Made by a program: the position numbers and the translations under genes. A stretch of DNA of 64,000 nt from Monocercomonoides exilis PA203 (Eukaryota; Protista; Preaxostyla), in the NCBI GenBank assembly GCA_001643675.2, contig LSRY02000026.1:1240001-1304000 (forward strand). Reading direction: 5' to 3'. The notes below the pieces were generated by a model, which had not been told where the DNA came from, ran no database searches, and saw only the letters and a list, made by a program, of their open reading frames with translations. This document shows positions 46,033-58,090 of the stretch, one piece after another; position 1 is the stretch's first letter, and the number at the start of each line of letters is the position of its first letter.

Positions 46033-46646
46033 CTAGCTGAACTTTTCTGAATTTATCTTATCAATACGTATTGTATTAGTTAATTCGTATTCTTTCCTTT
46101 ATTTCCGTTTTGAGTCTATCAAAACGGTTTTCTGTCAATCTTTTTTGATCTTCAGAAAATTTTTAATATGTTTTTTATCTGATCATAATTTTTTGTATCT
46201 TTATAATTTCTTATGAAATACAATGATCAAAGTTTTGAAACGCTGGAATCAGTAATTATAATTTATTAACGACACATTTATGAAGTGTTTGATTATCATC
46301 TTTCACTCTGATTCTGTGACATTTTTATCTCTAATGTTTTCGTTTTTTGAAGATGTGAGAGTTTTGTAATTTAAAAACGGATTGAATATGTTTTCCCCAT
46401 ATAACTCTGAAGCTTTCCATTTATTGTTAATTGCGATTTTTGTGTTTTTCACAAAAAAATTTTCATATCAATAATGTTTGTTATGCTTTTTTATGAAAAC
46501 AACAAAACAAGAGTTTTTTCTATGACGAAATTTATTGTTTTTTTATTTTTAACAAGAAAAAAATGAAAAGTTTCAAAACTGTTCATTGTTATATAATTTT
46601 TTGAGGTGTCTGAACAATAGAGGAAAAATAATAATAAAAAACAGTT

Positions 46647-48179
46647 CTAATGTTGACAATTCAGTAAAAACTGAAGGGGTGTTTGATTAGGTTTTCTGGT
46701 TGAATTTTGTGTTGAAGATGACGAAGCGGATGAGGAAGATGATGGAATTAAAGGAAACTGTTGTGATGAAGGTGGAAAAAGTGTGCTAACAGGTTTCCAT
46801 TGATTTTGGATAAACCATGACAAAGAATTATCAGCATTTTGAGGCTGAATGTTGTGCTCGTCCCTTCCCCTACTCAGTAAGTCTGATCTCTGCTGCTCTC
46901 TTTGGATCATAACTTTCTCTTGTTCATTTTCTCTTCTTTCTTTGGCTTTTAATATTGCGTATGTCTCATCTGAGCTATCTAAAATAAAATTAAATATTAA
47001 TATGGGCAACGAGAAGGAAAAAAAGTCAATAAATCAGAAAATAAATGCAATATGGGTATTTAAGTGTTCAAAAAACTTGTTGATTCTGCAGTTAAAGACG
47101 TAATTGTGGGAGTTAATGAATCTTTTGGATTAAGTTTGTTTCTTAATCTGGCTAGGTATCTTTCATTTGTAAGGCTCTTTGCTTCCTGTTTTCGAAGATA
47201 ATCGCTTATCATTCCATCCAAAAATCTTGAATTTGCTTGTGAGTCATTCGCAGTGAGTGGATTATGAAGAATATGAAAATTAGTTAGGCAGCAAGCCACA
47301 TTAAAATAGTCAGCTATTCGATCAATTTCGAATATCCATGGTTTGCGAAAGATGGAGAAGAGTGTTTTCATCCTTCCAAAGAACCTTTCAACTATTACAC
47401 GATGGGAAGCAAGCTCCTGTGTGCCAACGGGCTTTGTTATGATAGCGTCAAGGTCTGGTCTGGCACCAATATATGCAGAATCAGCTAGAATTTTAGAGCC
47501 CTCCAGTTTTGATTCAAACAATGGATAATGCTCTTTGAATATAACATAGTCATGCGTGGAGCCTGAGTAAATAGCGCTAATGGTGCTTGCTGTGCCAACC
47601 TTTGGGTTAACACCCACTTCTGCCTTGACACAGTAAATGTGGTGTTTTCCACTAAAAAACTTTTTTCCATATTCCAATCGACCCCCTGTCCGATTAGTCG
47701 GAATCATAGTGCAATCAAGCACTATTCCAACATCCTTCATGCCCTCTATTCTGTCTTTGCGGAACGACAGAAAAAGATCGGCCAAAGGCGCTCGAAGACG
47801 AGACACAATGGAATGAAGCAGTCTAACAGTCGCACTTTGATAGTCGAGTTTTTTTTGAGGCAAGGATGTTTGTGAGGGTACAAGAGCCGTGATGGAGAAC
47901 ATTCAAAAGCAAAAATAATTGCTCTTCCTGTGTGTTAATTGCTTTTGTTTTTCCCCGATGAGGAAGTGAATCATCTGGAAGCAGCCTTAGTAACATGTCA
48001 AATTCTGATCGCACAAAGCCCGTGAGTCAAAAGAATGCACGAGATGGGTCCTTCACATCTTTGTATGCACATTCGATAAGTGATAAGTTTTCTTTTCTTT
48101 TCGTTGATTCAAAATGTTCAGGGATTGCGTTTCTTCTTTCAACACATTCCAAAACATCCAAAAGTGGAGCTTGAGACAT
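46647..48179 (-). pseudogene. PIF/Harbinger-ISL2EU-like DDE transposase, copy 3 (triad intact, N-terminal frameshifts)
   Basis: GIVLDCTMIPTNR, FFSGKHHIYCVKAEVGV, ILADSAYIG, HRVIVERFFGRMK (D-x30-E). ATG at 48179. Last exon SWFIQNQWKPV..QTPLQFLL. Confidence 0.85.
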
Positions 48180-48959
48180 CTCAAAAAATTGTTGAAAATT
48201 ATGTCAACAAAAATACCCTTAATAAGGATACCATTTTTTATGATCACGATCCCATGATTAATGATATTGGACTTGACTCAATCAAAACGGTTTTGAGTCT
48301 AACTTTTTGGTTTTATGAACTACTAATTGGACTCAGACTGAGCTAACGGGTATTGATTAAGTAATTTCGTTTAAGTTCTAGCGTGTCAAATACCCGGGAA
48401 TAATTCCCTTTCTAATTATTAAAAAAAGATCAAACAAAAATAAATCCCATTTTGAGTTCGAAGCAAAATGTTCTTAGTGATTTTTCTTTCTAATATGAAC
48501 AAGTTGACTTGAAACAACTTATGATTCAACTGTTCATTTGAATGTTTGTAACATTTTTTCTTTGTTTTATTCACTAACTTCTAATTCTTTGATAATTGCT
48601 TTTTCATATTTTTCATTCGATTATTCGATGAATCCAAATAAATGCAAAAATAACAGATGTAATTATTCACCACAATTCATGTGGAAGAATGTACAAATGA
48701 GTTTTTATAAAATTCAACAAGTTTTTAAAGTTTAAATTGTTATCACACATTATTAAGTTTGGAATAAAATATTCTCATAGTGTGTGAAATATTCACTAAT
48801 ATAACTGTTTTTATTGATTTACCGTTACGAATTCTTTCCAGTTATAAGCAATCAAAAGTCAATACTGAAATGTGCTCGCGAAGAAGTTGAAAATCCAAGA
48901 TGCAATTATTTCGCCTGTGTGATAACAAATCTCTTAATCATCAACACCTCCTTGTGCGT

Positions 48960-51900
48960 GAACGATCTCAACATCATCTCTCTCGGCGGTTGTCCACTCC
49001 TCACTGCCCAACACCACTCCGCTGCCTCCATCTGCTCCTCCACTTGCCAAGTCCAACCAGCAACCAAATCTCCACTTTTCCTCTCTGCCCATGCCTCCCT
49101 CGCACTCACAAACTTCTCCCTCGCCACCCCTCAACCAGCCATCTTCTCCTTCCTCCTCTTCTCCACACCAAACAGTCTCCTCTCAGATCCCCACTCTCCG
49201 ATCCCTGCCTCCTTCTCCATCTCCCACTCCTCTTTCTCCTCATTCATCTCCCTCATCCAGCCTTTCCTTTTTTCTCCTTCTTCCCTATCTTCCCCTTCCC
49301 CTTCCCCTTCTCCATCCCTTTCCTTTTCTGCTTCATCTTTCTCATCCTCATCCTCATCATCTTCTTTTTCTTCTCCTTCTCCTTCACCTTCTCCTTCTAT
49401 TTCCTCTTCCTCTTCCCCTTCCCCTCTCCATATCCATCATCAATCCCATCCCCACCTCCAAATCCACCTCAACCTCCATTTCTCAAACACCCTTTTCTCA
49501 AACATCTCATCTCCTCAATCCCATCCATCTCTTCCATCCCTTCCTTCACACTCACTCAACCCATTCACCTCAACCACCTCTTCCTCTTCTCTCTCTTCCA
49601 CCAACACCTTCATCAATATAATCCCCTCCTTCTCTCTTCACTCTTCTTTCCACTTCCTCTCATCCACATACACTGTCTGGCACAGCTGGCTCATCCTCTC
49701 CCCTTTCTCATCTCTCCTTCGCTCCTCGTTCTCCTCTCCTCTTCACTCTGCAGGAGTCGCTGTAACTGACTTCTTTGCTCATGCATTCATCCATCAGCCT
49801 CTTACTCACGCTGAATCTTTTGCTCTTTCCTTGTCATTCGTCCATCCGCCTTTATCTGCCTTACAAACACTCCAAAGAACACAGTCTCCTTCTCATCCAT
49901 ATTCATGTTCATATTCTACCTCTTCTTCTTCTTCCATCTGTTCCTCTTCTTCACTCACCCCACCTACCGGCTATGATGAAAGCCCCTCTTCCTTCGCACC
50001 TTCTGAACAATCAAACTCACCCGACTCTCCCTCTGCCTTCCTCAGCCCCCTCTCTGCACATAAGTCTCTTTCTGTACGTGCTGCTGCCTCTCCTCTCAGA
50101 AGATCCACCGATTCTAATTCGGAAAGTTGGCTGCAGCCAATCCCGCCAACACCTTCAGACAGAATTGAAGGCATCGATGGCACAGTGTCAGTGCTGGAGA
50201 CACTCAGCGAGGTCGACGAGGCACGAAGTCCTGGGTTCAAGGCACGCACAAAACAGTTCGATTATCAATATGAAAGATCACAACACTCTCTGCGCTTTTA
50301 GCAGATAATGGACATTGCAGTGCAGATTAGAACAAGTTATTCTTCTTCATCATCATTCAAGGCATCATTGTCACATGCTTATATACCAATTTGTGCTCTA
50401 ACCTTTTCTTCACATCAGATTCAAAACTTGTGTGGTATATCCAACAGCTCTCAAAACACAGGTGCATATGCAGCTGCCTCAGCCACAACTGCCCTGCCTC
50501 AGTCTGTCCTCCTCTTCTCCCCCATTATCTGCCAGTCTGCCCTCTTCCCTCTCCTCTCTCCACTCACCAAGGACATCGAGCTGCTGATCACTCCAATTCT
50601 TTCCTTTGCATCGCAGCAGAAGGAGAGCAGAGCAGACAAAACAGCCAAGCAGCACTGCATGAACACCACAAACAGCAGCCAGCTGCCCTCTCAGCTGCTC
50701 AGCAGTACTGGCTAGATGCTCAGTGGTCACCGCATCCGGAAGATCAGCGAGGCAGACAGCGCAGCCCCATTGTCTCTGACGTCGACGACGATGAACGAAG
50801 GTTTCATCACCAGCTGCGCCAGAACGTGTTCAGTCTGCTTGTCAATGCAGTCAATCCAATCATGTCTCCACTCGCATTCCACAAGGAAATGACTTCTTTG
50901 GCACAAAAGAGGCTGGTGGGGAAAAGCAGTGCTTTGGGTTATCCACAGTCGGCTTCATCGTCTTCTGTATTGCTGGCTCCTGTGATGTAAACTTCTCCTT
51001 CATCTTCTTCCTCTTCTTCCACATCTTTTGCATCATCCTCGTCATCTCTTCCTCAAACAACGATGTATCTTCCCCCTTCTTTTCCCTATGCTCTTCTCCC
51101 CTCTTTCTATTCCACCTTCATTTCCCGGCACCGCTCTATTTCTTCTGTCCGTGATGCCCTCTTCCTCCTCTCCTACACTATAAAACAAGCCTCCTTCGAG
51201 CACCGCATCATCAGCGCTGCGCAAAAGCGGAACTTTCCTGATTCCATTCTTCCACCTGATATGCTCTCTCTTCTCAACACAGAAGGTGACTTTGCAGAGA
51301 GTAAGGACTTCTTCTCGACAGTGGATGAAGGAGAGCTGAAAAGAGCAATTGGAAATGAAAATTCACTATTATTAGCTTTACTGTTTATTTACTCAGAAAT
51401 GATGGTGTACGATTCAGATGCAAATGGTTGAGACTTTGTGTGCTCACACAATGTCTGTGGAGGAAGAAATTTCCATACAAATACCACCTTTTTCAGTCAA
51501 AGCTGCAATTCACAGCAAACAAATAAGAATCAAACAGGAAGAAACAATTCTTTATGTGAGATAAGCATCAATCCATTTGCTGATCCATCCAACGAGATAA
51601 TCGTGTCTTCTGAGCAGCAGAGGCCGCTTCAAGGAACAATCGGCGGCTTTCTGTTTGTGGCAGACAAGAATGGGATTAACGGATTCCGCAAAGCAGCTGT
51701 TGTGTCTACTCAACAGGCGAATGATCAGAAAGGGATGGGGATGATGGGGGTAGTATCAGCAGCAGCAATGGGGCTATCAACAATGGGCATTGGGATGTCC
51801 TCCTTCTCTGTGATGGCAACACAGTCACAGGCAGCATTCGCATCCATACGCGACACACAGCAGTCTGCGTGTATTCTCCCACAAACAGGCAGACACTCCT

Positions 51901-53454
51901 CATGTGCTCTCTTCCTCTCTCCAATGTTCCCACTGCGATGACTGTCTCCTCCTTTCCACGTGGAGTGAGGTGGGACGGAGATGGATGCAGCGGGCAGATC
52001 ACACTTATCGACAATCTGACGTCACATGATGGCACTCAGAGGAGGGAAGCCAATCAGAGTCAGAATAGCAGCAACAACGGAACAGGGAATGAGAGGCAAC
52101 ACTCTCGTTCGAACTCAACCGAAACTTCATTTTCAATAATGAAGAAGCGAAGTGGGCTGGGCGCAGATGCGATGGAGAGAGACATGTTGTGTGCCAATCT
52201 GAGAGCTCTTTTCAGTGCGCCTGTGGTTGATCCATCAGTTTACACTGTTGTGGAAGAGCTTCCTCCATTCGAGCTGAACCAGCTGCTTCTGCACCTGTGC
52301 CTGTTCGACCCGCCCATTATCACGCGCGCTTTTCTGCCAGAAGACTCGCTTCTTGTGGTGATCGAGTGTGTGGGATTAGACGAAAACTGCCTTTCCAGTG
52401 TTGGCAATGTGCCCAGCAGTGACTGCTTCCACTGGCTGCATCGCTTTGGTACTGTTCCTTCCTTTTGCAAGTGGGATGAGCAGTACACAGACAACATAAG
52501 CAAAATATACATCCTTCAGACGGCTGTGTCTGCTGCTCCGCCTGCACAGTTCTTTGTGAATGATACTTCCACTTTCTCATCATCTTCCTCCACCACCTCA
52601 TCCTCCTCCTCTTCTTCGACAGGCGCGGCTCCTTCTCGTTCAAGTTCCACATCAAAATTAACCAACGCTCCATCTGACAATACACCACCTCTTCTTTTCT
52701 CTTCCTCCACTTTGAAAGTGCAATTAGAAAGAGCAACGACTTTTGTGATGCATCCGAACACATCCACAAAGCCTCCCTCTTCTTCAAGTGAAGAAAACTA
52801 CACTTCTGATCTCTCCTCCGCCCACTTCCAACAACCGCACAGCTTTCACCTTATTCCTCTTCCTCATTTGCTAAGCATTCTGCATTCAACTCATCTCATC
52901 TCACTTATCTCCTCACTCTTCATCCTCCTCTTGTCGACTTTGGGCGCCCGTTTGTAATTGAGCAGCTCACCTCGTACGCCACGCCCAGGCAGCAAGTGAC
53001 TGTAAAGGCGTCTTTTGAGCGATGTGGGCAGTCGATGGAAACGCGCATCACAGCCGTGCACAGACGGGGCCACGTGTTCAGCATGGCAAGGAGATGTGTG
53101 CTCAGAATGGCAAGTGCTGCTTCATCAGACGGAAAAGTCGCATCGGTGGGGATGTCAGCAGCAGCTGTGGTGAGCTTCGTGCAGGCGCTGAGTGAGATTT
53201 TGGAAGGTGTAGCTGTTGGTGGGATGAATGTGGCACATGGATCAGAACCGAAGGCGTGCTCTTCTGCTTCTCAACTAATCTCAAAGGCAGCTTTCAACAG
53301 AGATGAAAATGAGGATGGAGATACATTGTTGGGAGACAAAGTGCCTTCAGATGATGGGAGATTGTCTGTTCCTGCAAGAGCGCGCTCATCTTTATCTCCT
53401 CCTCCACCTCCTCAGCTTCCTTCCCTCAGCTCTTCCGTCAACCAGCTGGCTTAG
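48960..53454 (+). pseudogene. Cargo gene of pogo-like element B (duplicate of 40059-44557)
   Basis: Near-identical sequence with some copy-specific indels and stops (e.g. ~50275, 50988, ~51910, ~52820). Confidence 0.6.
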
Positions 53455-53734
53455 CAGCATCTTAACCCCTCAAATCTTTCAGTCACAAACCCAGTTTCAT
53501 GCTCCAACGAAAAGTTGTTTTAATGAAATGTATTTATCATATTTATCTGTGAAAGTTTTTTATAGAAAAATGCAGAAAACCTGAACACTTCTTCAAGTTG
53601 AAATATCGAAATAATCGATTGAAATTTTCTTTCAAAAAAAGTTATGATATTTCTATTATGGAAACGAATAAAAGAGCCTTAATCGAATCATCGTTGATAT
53701 TCCCCCTTTGCTTTGTTTTTGTGATGATGAAAAA

Positions 53735-55223
53735 ATGGATGAATATTTAGAAAAGGAAGATTGTGGAGAAGATTCAAGCCAAAAGGATGTCGAAGGAGAG
53801 GATGATTCAATGACGCTTGATAACAATGACATTGAAATCAATGCAGTCGACAGGGAAGAGAAGTTGCTTGAATTGTTGGATGCAATGGAATCGAAGAAGC
53901 TTAGGCCTACAGGTTTATTCAAGAACGGATTAGTTACGAAAAGCAGCTTTTATCGTGCTGCAAAGGCAAGGAAGGAAGGAAGGGACATTTGCAGAATAGG
54001 AAGACCCCCAATTCTAAGCAAGCGAAGTTAAACTACATTCTTCACAAAAATTAAAGATAAAATACAACTTGGTGCCTTTCCGTGTGCAAGACAAGTGAGA
54101 GACATAGTTGGATTTTTCTTTCTTTCTTTCTTTTTTTAAAGTTTTGTGTTTATATCTTTTTGCATGTTTTTATTAGGCAATAGAAGTCATATCCGAAGAT
54201 CAACACAAGCCAACTCAGAGCACTCATGTGTGCCGCACTTGGCCATATTCTTTTATCAAGTCGAACGAGGACCTTTTCTTTGTACATCCCATTCATTTGC
54301 CAGCAGCGAGAGCTGCTCATTCTACAAAGGAATGCCTTTTTCCTTGGTTTGAAAAAGTTAAACATTTATTTGATGAGCATCGGTATAAATCGCAATCAAT
54401 TTTTAATCTGGACGAAGTGTTTATCACGACACCTGAAGTCAAACCCAGCCTTGTTGTTACTTCAAATAAAAAAGATGCATGCATGACGCCAGAGCCATCT
54501 CTCCCAGCAGGTGTCTCAGGGCTCTTCATGGTTTCAGCAGATGGAGTGAGTTATCCAGCCATTTTCAAAATCAGAGCAAAAAAACTACCAAAGGAATACT
54601 CAGACGCTACTGAACACTCATTACGGTTTACGGTTGATAACACTCCCTCAATGACTACAGAAAGCTTCCGGTTCTTTTTCGAAAAAGCGATTGTTCTGTT
54701 TATGATCCAAAGAAGGAAATTCGTCAAATCCAAAGAAGAGCATTGTTCACTATTCATGGATTCACTTGCTGCTCATTTGTCAAGGAATATCATACAATGT
54801 GCGAAGGATAACAGAATTGATCTATGCTTTCCTTCTTCACATACTTCTCATTTGGTTCAACCTTTGGATCTCTACGTTAATACCAATTTTAAAAATTCTC
54901 TAAGAATAACTGATTACGAAACTCATGAATCCAATGCGAGTAGTGCAAGGAGAAACTTTGTTTTAAAATTGAGAACTGCATTGCATGCTGCATTTAGTCC
55001 CTCTACAATCACAGCTTCATTCAGAGATGCAGGCATCTGGCCTTTCAACCCTGATGTTGTGCTATCTAAACTTCCAGAGAAAAAGCCAGAGTGGGCAAAA
55101 GTATCTTCAAAAATCATGGATCCTCAATTACCTTATTTCAATGGAAGAATTTTTTTATCAACAGACCCAATGGCCCCTTATGATGACGGAGTTCATCCAT
55201 ATTTTTTTAATTTTCATGTTTAA
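53735..55223 (+). CDS. pogo/Fot1-like DD35D transposase (HTH + DDE_1), intron ~54108-54176, N-terminal exon disrupted
   Basis: SIFNLDEVFI, SLFMDSLAAH, FPSSHTSHLVQPLDLYVN (35 residues between 2nd and 3rd Asp), SFRDAGIWPFNP. Upstream SSFYRAAKARK..GRPPILS HTH-like segment with a stop at 54031. Confidence 0.85.
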
Positions 55224-57962
55224 TATTTTGTTTTAATGTTTTATTTCAATAAAAGAAAAATATATGATAGTTGAATTTTTTTCATTTGTTTTCAGAACAG
55301 ATATCGTTCATATTTGAAATAAAATCAATTATTAAAAAACGAAAAAAATGAAGTTCCGGGTTTATGACATGTCCCGGATTTTTTATACACTAGCTTTAGA
55401 ACTTAAACGAATTTTCCCAGCCGCACCAAACTGATTGAGTCACAGCGTATTATATTTATCTTATAGAATGTTATTCAATCAAATCGGTACTTTTTCGCTT
55501 TCAAAGTTATACCTCTGTGACGTAACAAATCACTTGAAGCCTCGTCCGTCACCAAAAAAAAAAAGTAAATAAATAAATAAAAATAAAAATATAAATAAAA
55601 TAAAATAAAATAAAATAAAAAAAATAAAATATAACTTTTCAAATAGATTTCATCAATAATATTCACCACAATTTATTCAAATAATACATTTTTGAAGTAA
55701 TTTTATAAAAGAGAAATGTTTAACTTTTATTATGGATATAAAAAAATAATTGTGGGTTTATTCTTCGTTATTTAATCTTTGAAGATAAATATCTTTGAAA
55801 AAGCATCTTTGGCGTTTCTTCGTGGGTGTGTGTGTGTGTGTTTAGTTAATTGCTTTTTTTAGAAATGAATTTATTTTGAATAAGAGACAGACAGCGAGAA
55901 ATGTTTGAATGAAACGGAAGGAATCATCAAGTGCGATCAGAAGCAGCACAATTTGGGTTGACTTGCAAATGGATAAGTTTTGGAGAAATTGTTGAAGCGA
56001 TTGACGAAGTGCAGAGAGATGGGGGAAGTGAATGTGAATGGGCCGGGTTTCTGGAGAGAAGATTCAAAAGAAGTGGGGGAGGTGGGAAAGGATGTGGATT
56101 GGAAGAGAAAATATGATGAGAGGATGAGAAAAGTGCAAAAGTGTATAATTATTCCTCTTTCAATTAAAAGATATTTTGAACAATAATAGCATATTATAAA
56201 TAGCATAAATAATTACACTTTTGGTGGAACAGTTCTTTGATATATCTTCAAAATTTTCATCAACATATATTTTTGATCAATCTTTTTATTAAATAATTGA
56301 ATCTGTCTATTTTTTTTTTTTTTTTTTTTTTTTTGTGCGAATGCGAAAGAACTGAAGGTTGATTGTTGCATTGAACAATGCGCTGCTAATGGTATCATGA
56401 AATATGTTTGACTTTGTGTTATTTTTTCTCTTTTCTCTTGTTTTTCTTTTTATTTCTAACTTTCTCATTTTGATTAATAACTGATAATTCAAAAAGATAT
56501 TTATGAAATTTATCCATATTGAACTGTTCATTGAATATTTATTTGTGATTGAAAATATTGAAAACTTCAAATAATAAAAAATATTTAACAAAAATGGAGA
56601 AGCGAATTGTATTATTTGGCTGCAATCAGTCGAATTCATGTATTTTCAAAAAACGGAATGGAAAGTTGTTCAAAACCTGGCTGATCATGAAATGGTTTGT
56701 ATTTTTCTATTGATACTTTTCCAGATCAAAATGAATTTCTATTTAAAAGCAACAAATGAAATACAAAATTTGGTGGTGATTTTTTAAACTCATTAACATT
56801 CAATGCTCCTACAGAAAATTAGCCAAGTCAATTTTCAATCAATGATTGCCAATTCGCAAACAACAAATATGAAAGTTCATTTTTATGGGGAGGTGCTGTA
56901 TTGTTTTTCAGAGATCCATTTTTCTGGATGAACAGAGTAAAATGCATCTCGTTTTGTTTCATCAATGGCAACTACGCTTCTTGTGGAAAGTGGAATGATG
57001 CATTTTTAAATGGAAGTGTCATCCTTCAATCTCCATTTATGAATTGTGTGTCAACAACCACTTCATCAAAAGTCTTGAAAGCCAGAAATACGTTCCATGA
57101 GTATGTTAACATTCACCAACATCTTATTGTTTTGCTCTTTTGATTTGAAACAAAAAACAACAAAAGCCTATTCTTCATTCTTTTCTTTCACTTCTTCTTT
57201 TTCTTCAATGCTTTTTTCAATTTTTCAACTTTTTCCTGTTCTTTGCCTAATTTATCACTTGTGATTATTTATCATTGCTGTAAAGTTTCATAGCTACTCA
57301 TTCTTAAACTCATCCAAACTCTACAACACGTCATTCTGAAGCTGCTTAATCGATCCCATTATTTGTATCGAGCCTTTCTTCATCTTTTCAACACTCTAAA
57401 CCAATGACATCCTCTGACTATAAAAAAACAAATTGAATTAATATTTTCCTATTCTCATCTGAGCCATCATTCTCCACCTTCTCATCTTCATCTCATTTCT
57501 CTTCTTCACTATTGAAAATGACAACAAATCTCATCAATAATGATGCGCTTCATGCTCCACTTCAACTGTCCATTAGAACGATTGCGTTGGACTAGGAAAA
57601 CATCTTCTTTGATGCCTGTACGATGCACGGATCAAATTTTCAATTGATAAAGAACAGCGACTAATGGAGGCTGCTCATGTGGTTGGCAAAGCAGGTGAAT
57701 TCGAAGCTGACGAAAAAGGGCATTTAGAGAGAAGTGATAGAAAAGGAAGAGAAGGAGAGAAGAGAGAAAAGCTCGTTCCGATGAAGGGAAGACAAAGTTT
57801 AGTGCGAAAAATGTTATCATCATTGCAGAATTTTAAAGTTCTTCAAATAACTTTGTTTTTGATGTTTGTTCATAAACAACACTGCATTTCCCCCTTATTC
57901 TTCATCCTCTACCTTCTTCTTCATCAATTTTAAACTCTTTCTCATTATCAGCTTTCATGTCA

Positions 57963-58090
57963 ACTTCTTCACCTTCTTCTTCACCTTCTTCTTCACCTTC
58001 TTCTTCACCTTCTTCTTCACCTTCTTCTTCACCTTCTTCTTCACCTTCTTCTTCACCTTCTTCTTCACCTTCTTCTTCACCTTCTTCTTC
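57963..58090. repeat. 12-bp tandem repeat (CTTCTTCTTCAC)n
   Basis: About 10 copies directly visible. Confidence 0.9.

Larger units (their letters stand above)
48378..55393 (+). mobile_element. Cargo-carrying pogo/Fot1-like element, copy B (near-complete transposase)
   Basis: Same termini as copy A, each bounded by CTAG, with different flanks. Contains the cargo followed by a DDE_1-type transposase. Confidence 0.87.

Noticed and set aside
57664-57933. VGKAGEFEADE resembling the Merlin transposase motif IGG..VEIDES
   Set aside because: No downstream Merlin motifs; similarity too weak.
57963-58090. Regular repeats as a possible CRISPR-like array
   Set aside because: Simple 12-bp tandem repeat without spacers; no cas genes; eukaryotic context.
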